From positions 257,193 through 321,192 of the forward strand of contig JAUYQQ010000002.1 of NCBI GenBank assembly GCA_030697165.1: 64,000 nucleotides of DNA, read 5' to 3'. Of this stretch, positions 32,516-41,400 are shown in pieces; the first letter of the stretch is position 1, and each line of letters begins with the position of its first letter. Source of the DNA: Acidobacteriota bacterium. GTDB taxonomy: Bacteria; Acidobacteriota; Vicinamibacteria; Vicinamibacterales; UBA2999. Both the position numbers and the translations under genes were made by a program. Under the pieces are notes generated by a model. It saw only the letters and a program-made list of their open reading frames with translations. It searched no databases and was not told the DNA's origin.

Positions 32516-33534
32516 GACACAACTTTCTCGCCGCGGTACTTGACCGGAATCGACACGCCGAGCGACGCGGCCAGTGCGCCCGTGCCGGTGAGGCCCTTGC
32601 GAACCTGCGGAGTGATCCATAGTTCCCGATTCTCGCCGTTCAGCTCTACGCCGTTCAACTCGACGCCGAGCGTCCAGGTATTTGGTGCGGCGCTGGTGTC
32701 GCGGCCGAGGTACAGGTTGTAGAGATACGCGCGGTCCACCAGCGTGTCCACGGGCAGTTCGACTTTGGCGCTCGCCTGGACGTACCAGTCGCCCAGCATG
32801 GTGCCGGCGGCGACATACGGCTCGAAAACCACCGTGCCCTTGCCGAACTCTTTGTAGACCTGTCCGGTGGGCAGCGTGGCTTCGAGGCCGAATGAGAAAA
32901 TCCGAGGCGTGGTGCTGCTGGCGTAGGCAGCGTACTTAAAGGCCACCGCCACGTCGCCGATCTCCGAGTCGCGTGCGGTTTGGAAGTCCCAGTTGTAGAA
33001 CGGAATGGCGACTTCGTACATCGCCCGCCGGCCCACGCGGCGTTCGTAGACCGCGACGAGGCTCAAGTCGGTGGCCGACGCCGATTGCGGCTCTGACTCG
33101 TGGCTGACAGCCGGCAGCAACAGAAACTCGTTCTCGGGGAACGCCTTCTCCGTGATGATCGGCCGGGGAAAATTGTTGTTGCCGCTCGGCCAGCGGGTTT
33201 CCTTGCAGAAGCTGCGCATGTGCGTAACGAATCCGGAGATCTGTTCAGGCGACAGCGAATCTTCGAAGCCAGGCATCTCGGGCGAGAGACCCACGCCCGG
33301 TCCCCCCTTGGCGATGGCGCGTTCCCAATCGGCGTCGGGTTCTGGCGAGGTGACGCGGCAATCGGTAAAGTCCATCGGCTCGACCGTGATGGTCGGCTCC
33401 TTCACCTTGCCGCTGCCATCGTCGGCATGGCAGCGCGCGCACCAGGCGCCCCACATTTCAGGGATGGTCGTAGGCCCGCCGGCCGGCAACTGGTTTGCCA
33501 GAACCAGCGTGCCGGCGAGAAGCAGTGACGTCAA
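32461..33534 (-). CDS. class I c-type cytochrome domain fused to an outer-membrane beta-barrel (MetA/phenol-degradation-like)
   Basis: CARCH heme motif with a downstream SPEMPGF Met-ligand region, then alternating beta-strand pattern (IGDVAVAFKY, FSFGLEATLPTG, aromatic C-terminus). TTG start is weakly supported. Overlaps the downstream gene by 55 nt. Confidence 0.7.
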   Translation of the reverse strand: MTSLLLAGTLVLANQLPAGGPTTIPEMWGAWCARCHADDGSGKVKEPTITVEPMDFTDCRVTSPEPDADWERAIAKGGPGVGLSPEMPGFEDSLSPEQISGFVTHMRSFCKETRWPSGNNNFPRPIITEKAFPENEFLLLPAVSHESEPQSASATDLSLVAVYERRVGRRAMYEVAIPFYNWDFQTARDSEIGDVAVAFKYAAYASSTTPRIFSFGLEATLPTGQVYKEFGKGTVVFEPYVAAGTMLGDWYVQASAKVELPVDTLVDRAYLYNLYLGRDTSAAPNTWTLGVELNGVELNGENRELWITPQVRKGLTGTGALAASLGVSIPVKYRGEKVVSWVGYLLWEYLEPFRAAR

Positions 33535-33585
33535 CGACCGAACTATGCCTGATCAGATGGCGAATCGCCAGCGGTGCCGTGTTCG

Positions 33586-34968
33586 TCAGAACGCGCCGAC
33601 GGTCGAGCCCAGAATGAGGACGACGGCCAGGGCCGCGAGCGGGCCGACGACCGAGACCATGAAGATGTCCAGGTACGACTCGCGGTGACTCAGGCGGCAG
33701 ATGCCGAGCAGCGTGATCACGGCGCCGTTGTGCGGCAGCGAGTCCAAGCCTCCGGAAGCGATTGCCGCCACGCGGTGCAGCAACTCCGGGCTGATGCCGG
33801 CCGCGGCGCCGGCCTCGGCGTAGGTCTTTCCCAGCATGCCGAGCGCGAGGCTCAGGCCGCCGGCCGCCGAGCCGGTGATGCCGGCCATGATGTTCACGGC
33901 CACCGCCTCCGAGACCAGCACGTTGGAGGAGATCGCCATCACCGCCGCCTGCACCGTGGCAAACGCCGCCAGCGACGCGATCACCGCGCCGTAGCCAATC
34001 TCTGACGCGGTGTTGAAAATCGGCAGCAGCGAGCTCATCGTGCCCTGGTTCACCGACCCTTTCAGGTCCCGCCACCGCGGCCAGTGCAGCGCGATGGCGA
34101 CGAGGATGGCGAGTCCGAGCGAGGCGACGAGCGCCCAGATGCCACGGACGTCATTCACGCCGACGCCGCCGAACCGCGGCTCGGCGAGGTACGCGAGGTC
34201 CATGGCCGGAATGACCCACCACGTCATCGCCAGGTTCACCAGCAGCACGATCGCCAGCGGGATCAGCGCGATCATCAGGGGCGGCTGATGCGGACTCTGC
34301 GAGAGGTCGAGGTCGTGTGGATGATCGCCGTACCCCTCGCCGGCGGCCACGGCCCGGCGCGCCCGGCCGTTCAGCCACCACATGCCGACCACCAGCATCA
34401 CCACGCCGGCGACGCTGCCAAGCCCCGGCGCCGCAAAGGCATCGGTGCCGAAGAACGGCATCGGGATAGCGTTCTGGATCGACGGCGTGCCCGGCATGCC
34501 GCTGAGCGTGAACGTGGCGCCGCCGAGCAGGATCGCCCCCGGAATCAAACGCTTGGGCGTGTTCGCGGCGCGAAACAACTCCACCGCCACCGGGTAGGCC
34601 GCAAACACCACAACGAACACCGACACGCCGCCGTAGGTCAGGATGCCGCAGGCCAGCACGATCGCCAGCAGCGACTGCGAGGGGCCGAGCCTGGCCACGA
34701 TCGCTCGGGCGATGCTGGTGGCCGAACCGGAGTCGCTCATCAGGCGGCCGAAGATCGCGCCGAGCAGGAACAGCGGGAAGTACTTCGCCACGAACCCGCC
34801 GAGGCTGACCATGAACACCTGCGTGTAGATCGCCAGCATGCGCGGGTCGCCGCCCATGAGCGCGGCCAGCAGCGACAACAGCGGCGCCAGCACCAGCACG
34901 TTGATCCCGCGGTAGGCGAGATACATCAGCAGAACCAGGGACAGGAGGATGCCGGCTACGCCAATCAT
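33586..34968 (-). CDS. GntP-family permease
   Basis: 460 aa, ~12 TM, typical GntP N-terminus (LLMYLAYRGINVLVLAPLL..FPLFLLGAIFGRLMSDSG). Confidence 0.9.
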   Translation of the reverse strand: MIGVAGILLSLVLLMYLAYRGINVLVLAPLLSLLAALMGGDPRMLAIYTQVFMVSLGGFVAKYFPLFLLGAIFGRLMSDSGSATSIARAIVARLGPSQSLLAIVLACGILTYGGVSVFVVVFAAYPVAVELFRAANTPKRLIPGAILLGGATFTLSGMPGTPSIQNAIPMPFFGTDAFAAPGLGSVAGVVMLVVGMWWLNGRARRAVAAGEGYGDHPHDLDLSQSPHQPPLMIALIPLAIVLLVNLAMTWWVIPAMDLAYLAEPRFGGVGVNDVRGIWALVASLGLAILVAIALHWPRWRDLKGSVNQGTMSSLLPIFNTASEIGYGAVIASLAAFATVQAAVMAISSNVLVSEAVAVNIMAGITGSAAGGLSLALGMLGKTYAEAGAAAGISPELLHRVAAIASGGLDSLPHNGAVITLLGICRLSHRESYLDIFMVSVVGPLAALAVVLILGSTVGAF

Positions 34969-35708
34969 GCGCGCCGAGGATGTCCCGCCGGCCGCGAAAG
35001 TGCAAGGAATTCGAGACGGGCCGGCGGACTGTCACAGATGGCCCGGGCGCCGGTCGCGCCCAGCTGAAGGCGCCAGGTCTGGCGCTCGATCGGCTCGCGC
35101 GACGTGAAGGTGGCGCAGGTCAGCAGCGCGACGTTCTGTCCACCGTTTGGATCGCGAACCGAACGATAGCGAAGGGCCTGCACGCCGGCCGCGCGCGCGA
35201 CGTCCGCCAATGCCTGGCACGGTTCGTAGTTGCTCGGATCCGACAGCGCCGCATCTTCATCGAAGGGAGGCTCGGTCAGGTCGAGTCCTGCCCGCGCGCG
35301 GTACCGCACCGCGAACGCCGTGTGCTCGGCGGCGTTGGCGGGCCACGGCGTGCCGGGCGACTCGGCGAAGAACAACAGCCGATGAAATGCGACCTCCGCC
35401 ATGGCGGTGGCCGGCGACTGCGAGGCGTAGAACACCCCGGGCGTCATCCCGGCCCGGCGAAACCGTGAGCCTCGCGGGTAGGGTGCGCCATAGCGAAACG
35501 GCGTGGCCAGCAGGTAATGAAGGTGGCGACACTCGGATGGGACCGGCGGCTTGTGCGCCTCGAGCAGTCGCTCGAGCAGGGCCTGCTCGGCCAGCGTATC
35601 CACCAGCTTCATGGTCGAGACGACATGTTGGGCTTCGACCACGCGCCAGCAGCGGCCGCCGAGGCCGCGCGTGCTAGACGAGAGCTCGGCGGGCGTCCAG
35701 GTAGCCAA
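34965..35708 (-). CDS. RES-domain toxin (NAD+-targeting toxin family)
   Basis: RFRRAG (R), AMAEVAFH (E) and LRYRSVRDP (S) motifs in order. Its stop overlaps the GntP start (ATGA). Confidence 0.85.
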   Translation of the reverse strand: MATWTPAELSSSTRGLGGRCWRVVEAQHVVSTMKLVDTLAEQALLERLLEAHKPPVPSECRHLHYLLATPFRYGAPYPRGSRFRRAGMTPGVFYASQSPATAMAEVAFHRLLFFAESPGTPWPANAAEHTAFAVRYRARAGLDLTEPPFDEDAALSDPSNYEPCQALADVARAAGVQALRYRSVRDPNGGQNVALLTCATFTSREPIERQTWRLQLGATGARAICDSPPARLEFLALSRPAGHPRRA

Positions 35709-36057
35709 CGACGTTCACGAGGCCGGTCAGTGACTGGATCAAGACCGCCGGGGAGCCCCCGAGCGTCGTGTGCTCGTTTTTCAACCAGGCCCGCGCCACT
35801 GCCTCGTCGCCTCCGACAATGGCATCGAGCGCGCGGAAGAGCCGGAGGAAAAGGATGGCCACTTCAAAGGTCTTGTCCGCCGGCCGCAACTCGTAGGCGC
35901 CCGAGCCCATTCGCGAAACGCTCGCTTCGGAGAGTCCCAGGATCTTTGCCAGCGACTTGTTCGAAACTTCAAGCGCGCCGGCAGCGCGAATGACGGCCTT
36001 GGTCACGACGGCCCCCTGCGCAGGGCTGGGCTCGGCCGAACTCGACAGGCTTAACAT
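35674..36057 (-). CDS. Xre-type antitoxin with DUF2384-like (MbcA/ParS) toxin-binding domain
   Basis: HTH LAKILGLSEASVSRMGSG and C-terminal WLKNEHTTLGGSPAVLI. Lies directly upstream of, and overlapping, the RES gene. Confidence 0.8.
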   Translation of the reverse strand: MLSLSSSAEPSPAQGAVVTKAVIRAAGALEVSNKSLAKILGLSEASVSRMGSGAYELRPADKTFEVAILFLRLFRALDAIVGGDEAVARAWLKNEHTTLGGSPAVLIQSLTGLVNVVGYLDARRALV

Positions 36058-36066
36058 GTTTCTGTA

Positions 36067-36090
36067 GAAATAATATTGTATTCTTATTTC
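36067..36090 (-). promoter_or_regulatory. inverted repeat GAAATAA-n10-TTATTTC in a locally AT-rich promoter region of the Xre-RES operon
   Basis: Direct reading, 10-33 nt upstream of the Xre ATG (36057), inside a ~50-nt AT-rich stretch in otherwise GC-rich DNA. Confidence 0.5.
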
Positions 36091-36253
36091 AAAAGCAAAT
36101 ACACCATCTGACTCCAGCCAGGGTCGGCCCACGCGGCCTCGCTTGGGCGGCCAGTCCGTTCATAGGCCGGAAACGACCATTCACCGGTCCACAGGCGTCG
36201 GCAGGCGGGAACTGGTAGCGGAGCGGCGCCGGCGAGGCTAGCGTAGGAAGGTC

Positions 36254-38506
36254 ATGATCCGTCTGTCAGCTGCTCTTGTCATCGGCGCCCTGGTCGTTAC
36301 GGCCGTCATCGCCCCCACCGCCTCTGCGCAAACCGGCACCACCCTCCGCGGCCGGGTCACGCAAGGTCTGACCAACCTGCCCATGCCCGGAGCCCTCGTC
36401 GTCATCGACGAGTTGCGCCGCGAGGTGCGTGCCGACGAGGACGGCAACTACGTGTTCGAAGCGGTGCCGCCCGGGCAGTACCACGTGGGCGTGCGGGCCG
36501 AGGGCTACACGACCAGGCGGACCGAGGTCACCGTGGGCACCACGCCGGCGACCCTGAATCTGTCGATCGATTTCGACCTGCACTTTGCCGAGATCCTGTC
36601 GGTCAGCCCCCACGCGCGGCCGCAGTTCGAGTCGTATCAGCCGACCTCGGTGCTGGCCGGCCAGGATCTGGCCAAGCAACTGGAGTCGACGATTGGCGCC
36701 ACGCTGGCGGAGTCGCCGGGCGTGGCCATGCGTTCCCTGGGTCCCGGCCCGGCGCGGCCGGTGATCCGCGGTCTCGACGGCGACCGCGTCGTCGTGCTCG
36801 AAGACGGCCAGCGCATGGGCGACCTGTCCAGCCAGTCGGCGGACCACGGCGTGCCGATCAATCCAGCCGCGGCCAAGCGGATCGAAGTGGTGCGCGGCCC
36901 GGCCACGCTGCTGTACGGCGCCAATGCGATTGGCGGCCTCGTCAACGTGATCACCGATCAGATTCCAACCGAGAAGACCACCAAAACCACGGGCGACTTT
37001 ACCCTGGACTTGGGCAGCAACGGCGGCCAGGCCGGGGGCGCCGGCGACGTGCACGTCGGCAATGGCACGTTCGCCTTCCACTTCGGCGGCGCCAGCCGCC
37101 GCTCGGGGAACATCTCAACGCCCGAAGGCGAGGTCGACAACTCCCAGTCGCGCATGGCCATGGGCCAGGTCGGTGGCGCGTGGACCGGCGACAACTCCTA
37201 TGTGGGTGCCAGCTACGGCTACGACGACACCAGCTACGGCATTCCGGTCGTGGAAGATGGCCAGATCAGCCTGACGCCGAAGCGCCACGCGTTCAGCGCG
37301 CGGGCGGGCGCGTCGGAGATGGGCGGATGGCTGCAGTCATACCGCGCCACCGTGGGCGTGCGTCGCTACGAGCACTCCGAGGTGGAAGGTGACGAGGTCG
37401 GCACCACCTTCAACAACGACTCGGTCGAGGGCGAGGTGCTGCTGTCGCATCGTCCCACCGGCCGCCTGGTTGGCAGCCTCGGCGGATGGTTTCTCGATCG
37501 CGCCTTCAAGGCCACCGGCGCCGAGGCGCTGTCGCCACCGGTTGACCAGCGGAGCCTGGCGGCATTCCTGTACGAAGAAGTGAAGTGGTCGCACGCGACG
37601 CTGCAGTTTGGCGGACGTGTCGATCAAACGAATTACGAGCCTGGCGGGGTGCTGCCGGCGCGTGACTTCACGGAGTGGTCGGGCTCGCTCGGCCTGCTGA
37701 TTCAGCCGGAGGCGGCCAGCGATAACTTCGTGATTGCCGCCAGCCTCGCCCGCGCGGCCCGCGCTCCGGCCCTCGAGGAGTTGTACTTCTTCGGTCCGCA
37801 CCCTGGTAACTTCTCGTTCGAGATCGGCAATCCCGACCTCGAGGCCGAGCAGGGCCTCGGTTTCGACCTGTCGCTGCGTGGTCGGTCAGACCGCTTCGAG
37901 GCTGAACTCACGTTTTTCCGTAACGACATCGCGAACTACGTGTTTCGCAATCCGGTGAGCGAAGAAGAGTTCGAGGAACGCGAGGACGAGTTTGACGAGC
38001 GTTTCGGGATCGCAGACGAGGCAGGCGGCGAGGGCGGCCACGACCACGGCGAGTTCCCCTTCGTCGAGTTCGTCGGCCGCGACAGCGTGCTGATGGGCGT
38101 CGAAGCGCACCTCGATCTCAAGCTGTCGAGCCTGTTCACCCTCGAATCGACCGCTGACTGGGTGACCGGAGAGTTGAAGGACACTGGCGAGCCGCTGCCG
38201 CGGATTCCGCCGTTCCGGGTGACGACGGGTTTGAAGTACCAGAAGAATGCCTTCCAATTAGGCGGCAGCTTCACCGTGGCATCGGACCAGACCCGCGTCT
38301 ACGGCGAAGAGACACCGACCGGCGGTTACCTGACAGCGCGTTTCTACAGCTCGTATTCGATCGCCCGCGGCGGTGCCCTGCACACCTTCACGGCGCGTTT
38401 GGACAATGCCGCGAACGAGTCGTACCGCAATCACCTGAACTACTTGAAGGACCAGTTGCTCGAAGCCGGCCGCAGTTTCAAGGTCGTCTACACGCTGGGC
38501 TTCTAA
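36254..38506 (+). CDS. TonB-dependent receptor with N-terminal CarboxypepD_reg domain
   Basis: Signal peptide, GRVTQGLTNLPMPGALVVI, plug (PVIRGLDGDRVVVLEDG) and barrel ending in an aromatic residue (VVYTLGF). Confidence 0.9.
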   Translation: MIRLSAALVIGALVVTAVIAPTASAQTGTTLRGRVTQGLTNLPMPGALVVIDELRREVRADEDGNYVFEAVPPGQYHVGVRAEGYTTRRTEVTVGTTPATLNLSIDFDLHFAEILSVSPHARPQFESYQPTSVLAGQDLAKQLESTIGATLAESPGVAMRSLGPGPARPVIRGLDGDRVVVLEDGQRMGDLSSQSADHGVPINPAAAKRIEVVRGPATLLYGANAIGGLVNVITDQIPTEKTTKTTGDFTLDLGSNGGQAGGAGDVHVGNGTFAFHFGGASRRSGNISTPEGEVDNSQSRMAMGQVGGAWTGDNSYVGASYGYDDTSYGIPVVEDGQISLTPKRHAFSARAGASEMGGWLQSYRATVGVRRYEHSEVEGDEVGTTFNNDSVEGEVLLSHRPTGRLVGSLGGWFLDRAFKATGAEALSPPVDQRSLAAFLYEEVKWSHATLQFGGRVDQTNYEPGGVLPARDFTEWSGSLGLLIQPEAASDNFVIAASLARAARAPALEELYFFGPHPGNFSFEIGNPDLEAEQGLGFDLSLRGRSDRFEAELTFFRNDIANYVFRNPVSEEEFEEREDEFDERFGIADEAGGEGGHDHGEFPFVEFVGRDSVLMGVEAHLDLKLSSLFTLESTADWVTGELKDTGEPLPRIPPFRVTTGLKYQKNAFQLGGSFTVASDQTRVYGEETPTGGYLTARFYSSYSIARGGALHTFTARLDNAANESYRNHLNYLKDQLLEAGRSFKVVYTLGF

Positions 38507-38516
38507 CCGGGTAACG

Positions 38517-38990
38517 CTACTGCTTTAATGCGGCCACGCCCGCCAGGGCCACCTGCGCGTCCTGCTGCGAGGTGACGCCACTGACGCCGACGGCGCCGAT
38601 CACGCGTCCACCGAGCATCACCGGCACGCCACCCTCGAGCGGCGTCAAACCCTCGATCGCCAGCATCACCGTGCGACCGCCCGCGACCGCGTCTTCAAGC
38701 GCCTTGGTCGGCCGCTTCATGCGCGCCGCGGTGCGCGCTTTGCCGATGGCGATGTCGATGCTGCCCACCTGGGTGTCATCCACCTTGTGGAAAGCAATCA
38801 GGTTGCCGGACTCGTCGACGACGGCGATCGCGACCGTCCACTTGTTCTTCAAGGCTTCGGCCTCGGCGGCGGCAAGGATTGCCTTGGCGCCATCAAGGGT
38901 GATGACCTTGCGATCGGCGGTTTGTGCCTGGGCTGCTGCCGCGCTGATGATCAGGGCGAGGGCGACAACGACGGGAGTGAATCGAAACAT
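38517..38990 (-). CDS. GlcG/HbpS-like (DUF336) heme-binding protein, secreted
   Basis: WTVAIAVVDESGNLIAF..GGVPV..GAVGVSGVTSQQDAQVA. Confidence 0.85.
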   Translation of the reverse strand: MFRFTPVVVALALIISAAAAQAQTADRKVITLDGAKAILAAAEAEALKNKWTVAIAVVDESGNLIAFHKVDDTQVGSIDIAIGKARTAARMKRPTKALEDAVAGGRTVMLAIEGLTPLEGGVPVMLGGRVIGAVGVSGVTSQQDAQVALAGVAALKQ

Positions 38991-39072
38991 GTGAGCTCCA
39001 TCTGCAAGCGGCCAATGGCCAGTGGAACGCCATTATCGCCCACCTGCGCCCCCAGGCTTGCCGCGCCGGCTG

Positions 39073-39095
39073 GAAGTAGGTAAAATACCTACTTC
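39073..39095. promoter_or_regulatory. perfect 10-3-10 palindrome GAAGTAGGTA-AAA-TACCTACTTC overlapping a TAAAAT -10-like box; likely antitoxin operator
   Basis: Direct reading, 13 nt upstream of the antitoxin ATG. Type II antitoxins commonly autoregulate through palindromes at their promoter. Confidence 0.6.
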
Positions 39096-39107
39096 GTGGG
39101 AGGTACC

Positions 39108-39353
39108 ATGAGCAAAGCCGTTTCGGCTGCGACCGCGAACCGAGATTTCTCCGCGCTCCTGCGCAAAGTGCGCGGCGGCGCGACGTTTACCGTCACGTCG
39201 CATGGGCGGCCCGTGGCTCGCATTGTGCCGGTGGCCGCCGGAGCTACCGTGGCTCGGTCGGCGCGCAAGACTTTGTTCGATCGCCTGGCCGCCGCCCGCC
39301 CGGTCAACGCTGGTCGCTGGACGCGTGACGAACTGTACGAGGACGAGCGATGA
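39108..39353 (+). CDS. vapB: Phd/YefM-type antitoxin of a PIN toxin
   Basis: GGGAGG Shine-Dalgarno; SAATANRDFSALLRKVRGGATFTVTSHGRPVARIVP; ATGA overlap with the PIN gene. Confidence 0.8.
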   Translation: MSKAVSAATANRDFSALLRKVRGGATFTVTSHGRPVARIVPVAAGATVARSARKTLFDRLAAARPVNAGRWTRDELYEDER

Positions 39354-39796
39354 ACGTGGCCGTGGACACGAACGTCCTCGCCTATGCCGAAGGTGTCAAC
39401 GGCGCGAAGCATCGCGACGCCGCGCTGGGCCTGCTGCAGGCGCTGCCTCCGGAATCCACCCTGGTGCCGGTGCAGGCGCTCGGCGAGCTGTTCACGGTTC
39501 TGGTCCGCAAGGCCGGCAAGTCTCGATCGGTTGCCGCGGCCGCGGTGCTCAGCTGGGGTGATGCGTTTCCCCTGATCGAGACCTCGAACGACGTGTTACT
39601 GGCGGCCACCGATCTCGCCGATGCGCACCAACTGAGCCTGTGGGACGCGATCATGCTGTCGGCGGCCGCCGACGCGCGGTGCCGGCTGTTGTTGTCCGAG
39701 GATCTCCAGGAAGGCTTCACCTGGCGCGGGGTGACCGTCACCAATCCGTTCGCCCCGCGGCGTCATCCACTGCTCGACGCCCTGGTCAGCGCCTGA
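39350..39796 (+). CDS. vapC: PIN-domain toxin
   Basis: VAVDTNVL (Asp), E in QALGELF, DAIMLSAA and SEDLQ acidic residues typical of PIN. Confidence 0.85.
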   Translation: MNVAVDTNVLAYAEGVNGAKHRDAALGLLQALPPESTLVPVQALGELFTVLVRKAGKSRSVAAAAVLSWGDAFPLIETSNDVLLAATDLADAHQLSLWDAIMLSAAADARCRLLLSEDLQEGFTWRGVTVTNPFAPRRHPLLDALVSA

Positions 39797-39818
39797 CCGG
39801 GCGGCCCGCGTCAGCACG

Positions 39819-41399
39819 TCAGGGCGTGAACGCCGCTGTGCCGAACGGATACAGCCGGCCGAGCGGCGCGTGTTCGTACCGCAACGCACCGAGCCGGGTC
39901 GTGCCGAACCAGTCGCCCGGCGCGTCGACGATCAGAATCGTCTTGGCGTAGCCGTTGTCGTCGAAGCCGCGGCGGAAATGGGCGCGGCTCTTGAGCACGA
40001 ACACGTCGAAGCGATCGGGCTCGAGATCGGCAAAGCGCAGTTGTTCGGGCATCGTGATCTGCTGATATGCCGGTGTCAGAATCAGCACGTTGCCGGCGCC
40101 GAAATCGATTACGGCCACGCGCTCGTAGCCCCAACGCGCGCCTTTCCACCTGAGCGTGCCGCTGATCCGGACTGGCGGCCCAGAAGGCTCACCCGTGTAG
40201 CCGCCCACCTCGCGTTCGAAGCGTGCGCCGGGCTGCAGGTCTGCCGCGAAGATGGCCTCGAGGGCGGGGGCGTCGGTCAGCGCCGCGTACAGCACCTTGC
40301 CGACACCGCGGTCCACCAGGGCCTTGAGCGTCCAGGTGCCGTCGCCCGGACGGTCCCAGTAGTCCGCCAGCACCACCGGCGTCGCGCCGCTCTGGATCGC
40401 CGCTTCCGTACGGCGCACCGCGTCGGCGGGCAGCGGGTAGCTTTGCGGCGCTGCATAGCGCTCCCTGAGGCGCCAGATGAGCGAGGCCACGTCATTGGCC
40501 GCCTCGTTGGCGAGCCGCGCATCGCCGTTGGTCATGACCTGAACCGTCGTGCCGATGTCGGGCACGTCGGACCACGGAAACCCGAGGAACACGCTGACGA
40601 AGACCCCGGGATACTGATCCTCCCACCGACGCGCGCGCGCCATGATGTCCAGGACCGGCGCAGCGCCGGTCCACTGCAGCACGGTCGCGGTGACCACCGG
40701 CACCGTTTTCGTGACGCGCACCGGCTGGTACTCGCCGCGCATGACCCGCCGCAGGTAGATGGCGGCGCGCTCGCCCTGGTACCACGAGTCGTAGTGGGGA
40801 AAATGCTTGGTGACAAACGAGCCCTCCGCCACCTCGAGGAACGCCTCGTCTTCGTTGCCATGCAGGTCGAACGCGCCGACGATTGGTACGTTCGGCCCGA
40901 CGACCTCGCGGAAGCGGCGCGCGATCTCCGCTTCCGGCCGCGGCACCTCGCGCACCGCCATCGCCCCGTGCAGCGCGAGATAGACGCCATCGACCGGCAT
41001 CGCCGCCCGCAGGTCGTCGAGCATCAGCCCAAGGAAATGATCGAAGGCCTCCTTCGTCGTCCAGGCGCGCGACGAGCCGCCGAACGCTTCGCCGGGTGAG
41101 GTCAGGCCAACCAGGTCGAGGTCGCCAAATTCACGTGCCATCCGCACGAAGCCCTGCACGTACGAATCATCGTCGTCGAGCAGCGCCGCACCGCCAAAAG
41201 GCGCGCGGATGCGGGTCCAATCCTCGATGCCGAGGTCGCCGCCCGGGCAGAACGTGCAGGTCTCATGCTGAAAGCGCGCGACCGCCACTTTGAAGCGCTG
41301 CGGCTCGGTGCCGCCCGCCTCTCGCCCGGCCTCTGGTTGACACGCCACGGCGCCGACCAGGGCGAGCATCAGGACAACGAAACGAAATGATCGCGGCAC
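39819..41399 (-). CDS. M81-family (MlrC-like) metallopeptidase, secreted
   Basis: KVAVARFQHETCTFCPG N-terminal motif and overall MlrC N- and C-domain length (526 aa). Confidence 0.85.
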   Translation of the reverse strand: MPRSFRFVVLMLALVGAVACQPEAGREAGGTEPQRFKVAVARFQHETCTFCPGGDLGIEDWTRIRAPFGGAALLDDDDSYVQGFVRMAREFGDLDLVGLTSPGEAFGGSSRAWTTKEAFDHFLGLMLDDLRAAMPVDGVYLALHGAMAVREVPRPEAEIARRFREVVGPNVPIVGAFDLHGNEDEAFLEVAEGSFVTKHFPHYDSWYQGERAAIYLRRVMRGEYQPVRVTKTVPVVTATVLQWTGAAPVLDIMARARRWEDQYPGVFVSVFLGFPWSDVPDIGTTVQVMTNGDARLANEAANDVASLIWRLRERYAAPQSYPLPADAVRRTEAAIQSGATPVVLADYWDRPGDGTWTLKALVDRGVGKVLYAALTDAPALEAIFAADLQPGARFEREVGGYTGEPSGPPVRISGTLRWKGARWGYERVAVIDFGAGNVLILTPAYQQITMPEQLRFADLEPDRFDVFVLKSRAHFRRGFDDNGYAKTILIVDAPGDWFGTTRLGALRYEHAPLGRLYPFGTAAFTP

Positions 41400-41400
41400 G

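Noticed and set aside
36133-36253. A riboswitch (for example cobalamin) upstream of the TonB-dependent receptor.
   Set aside because: I could not find a B12 box or any other conserved riboswitch core by eye, and the region is only 121 nt. A covariance-model scan would be needed to exclude it.
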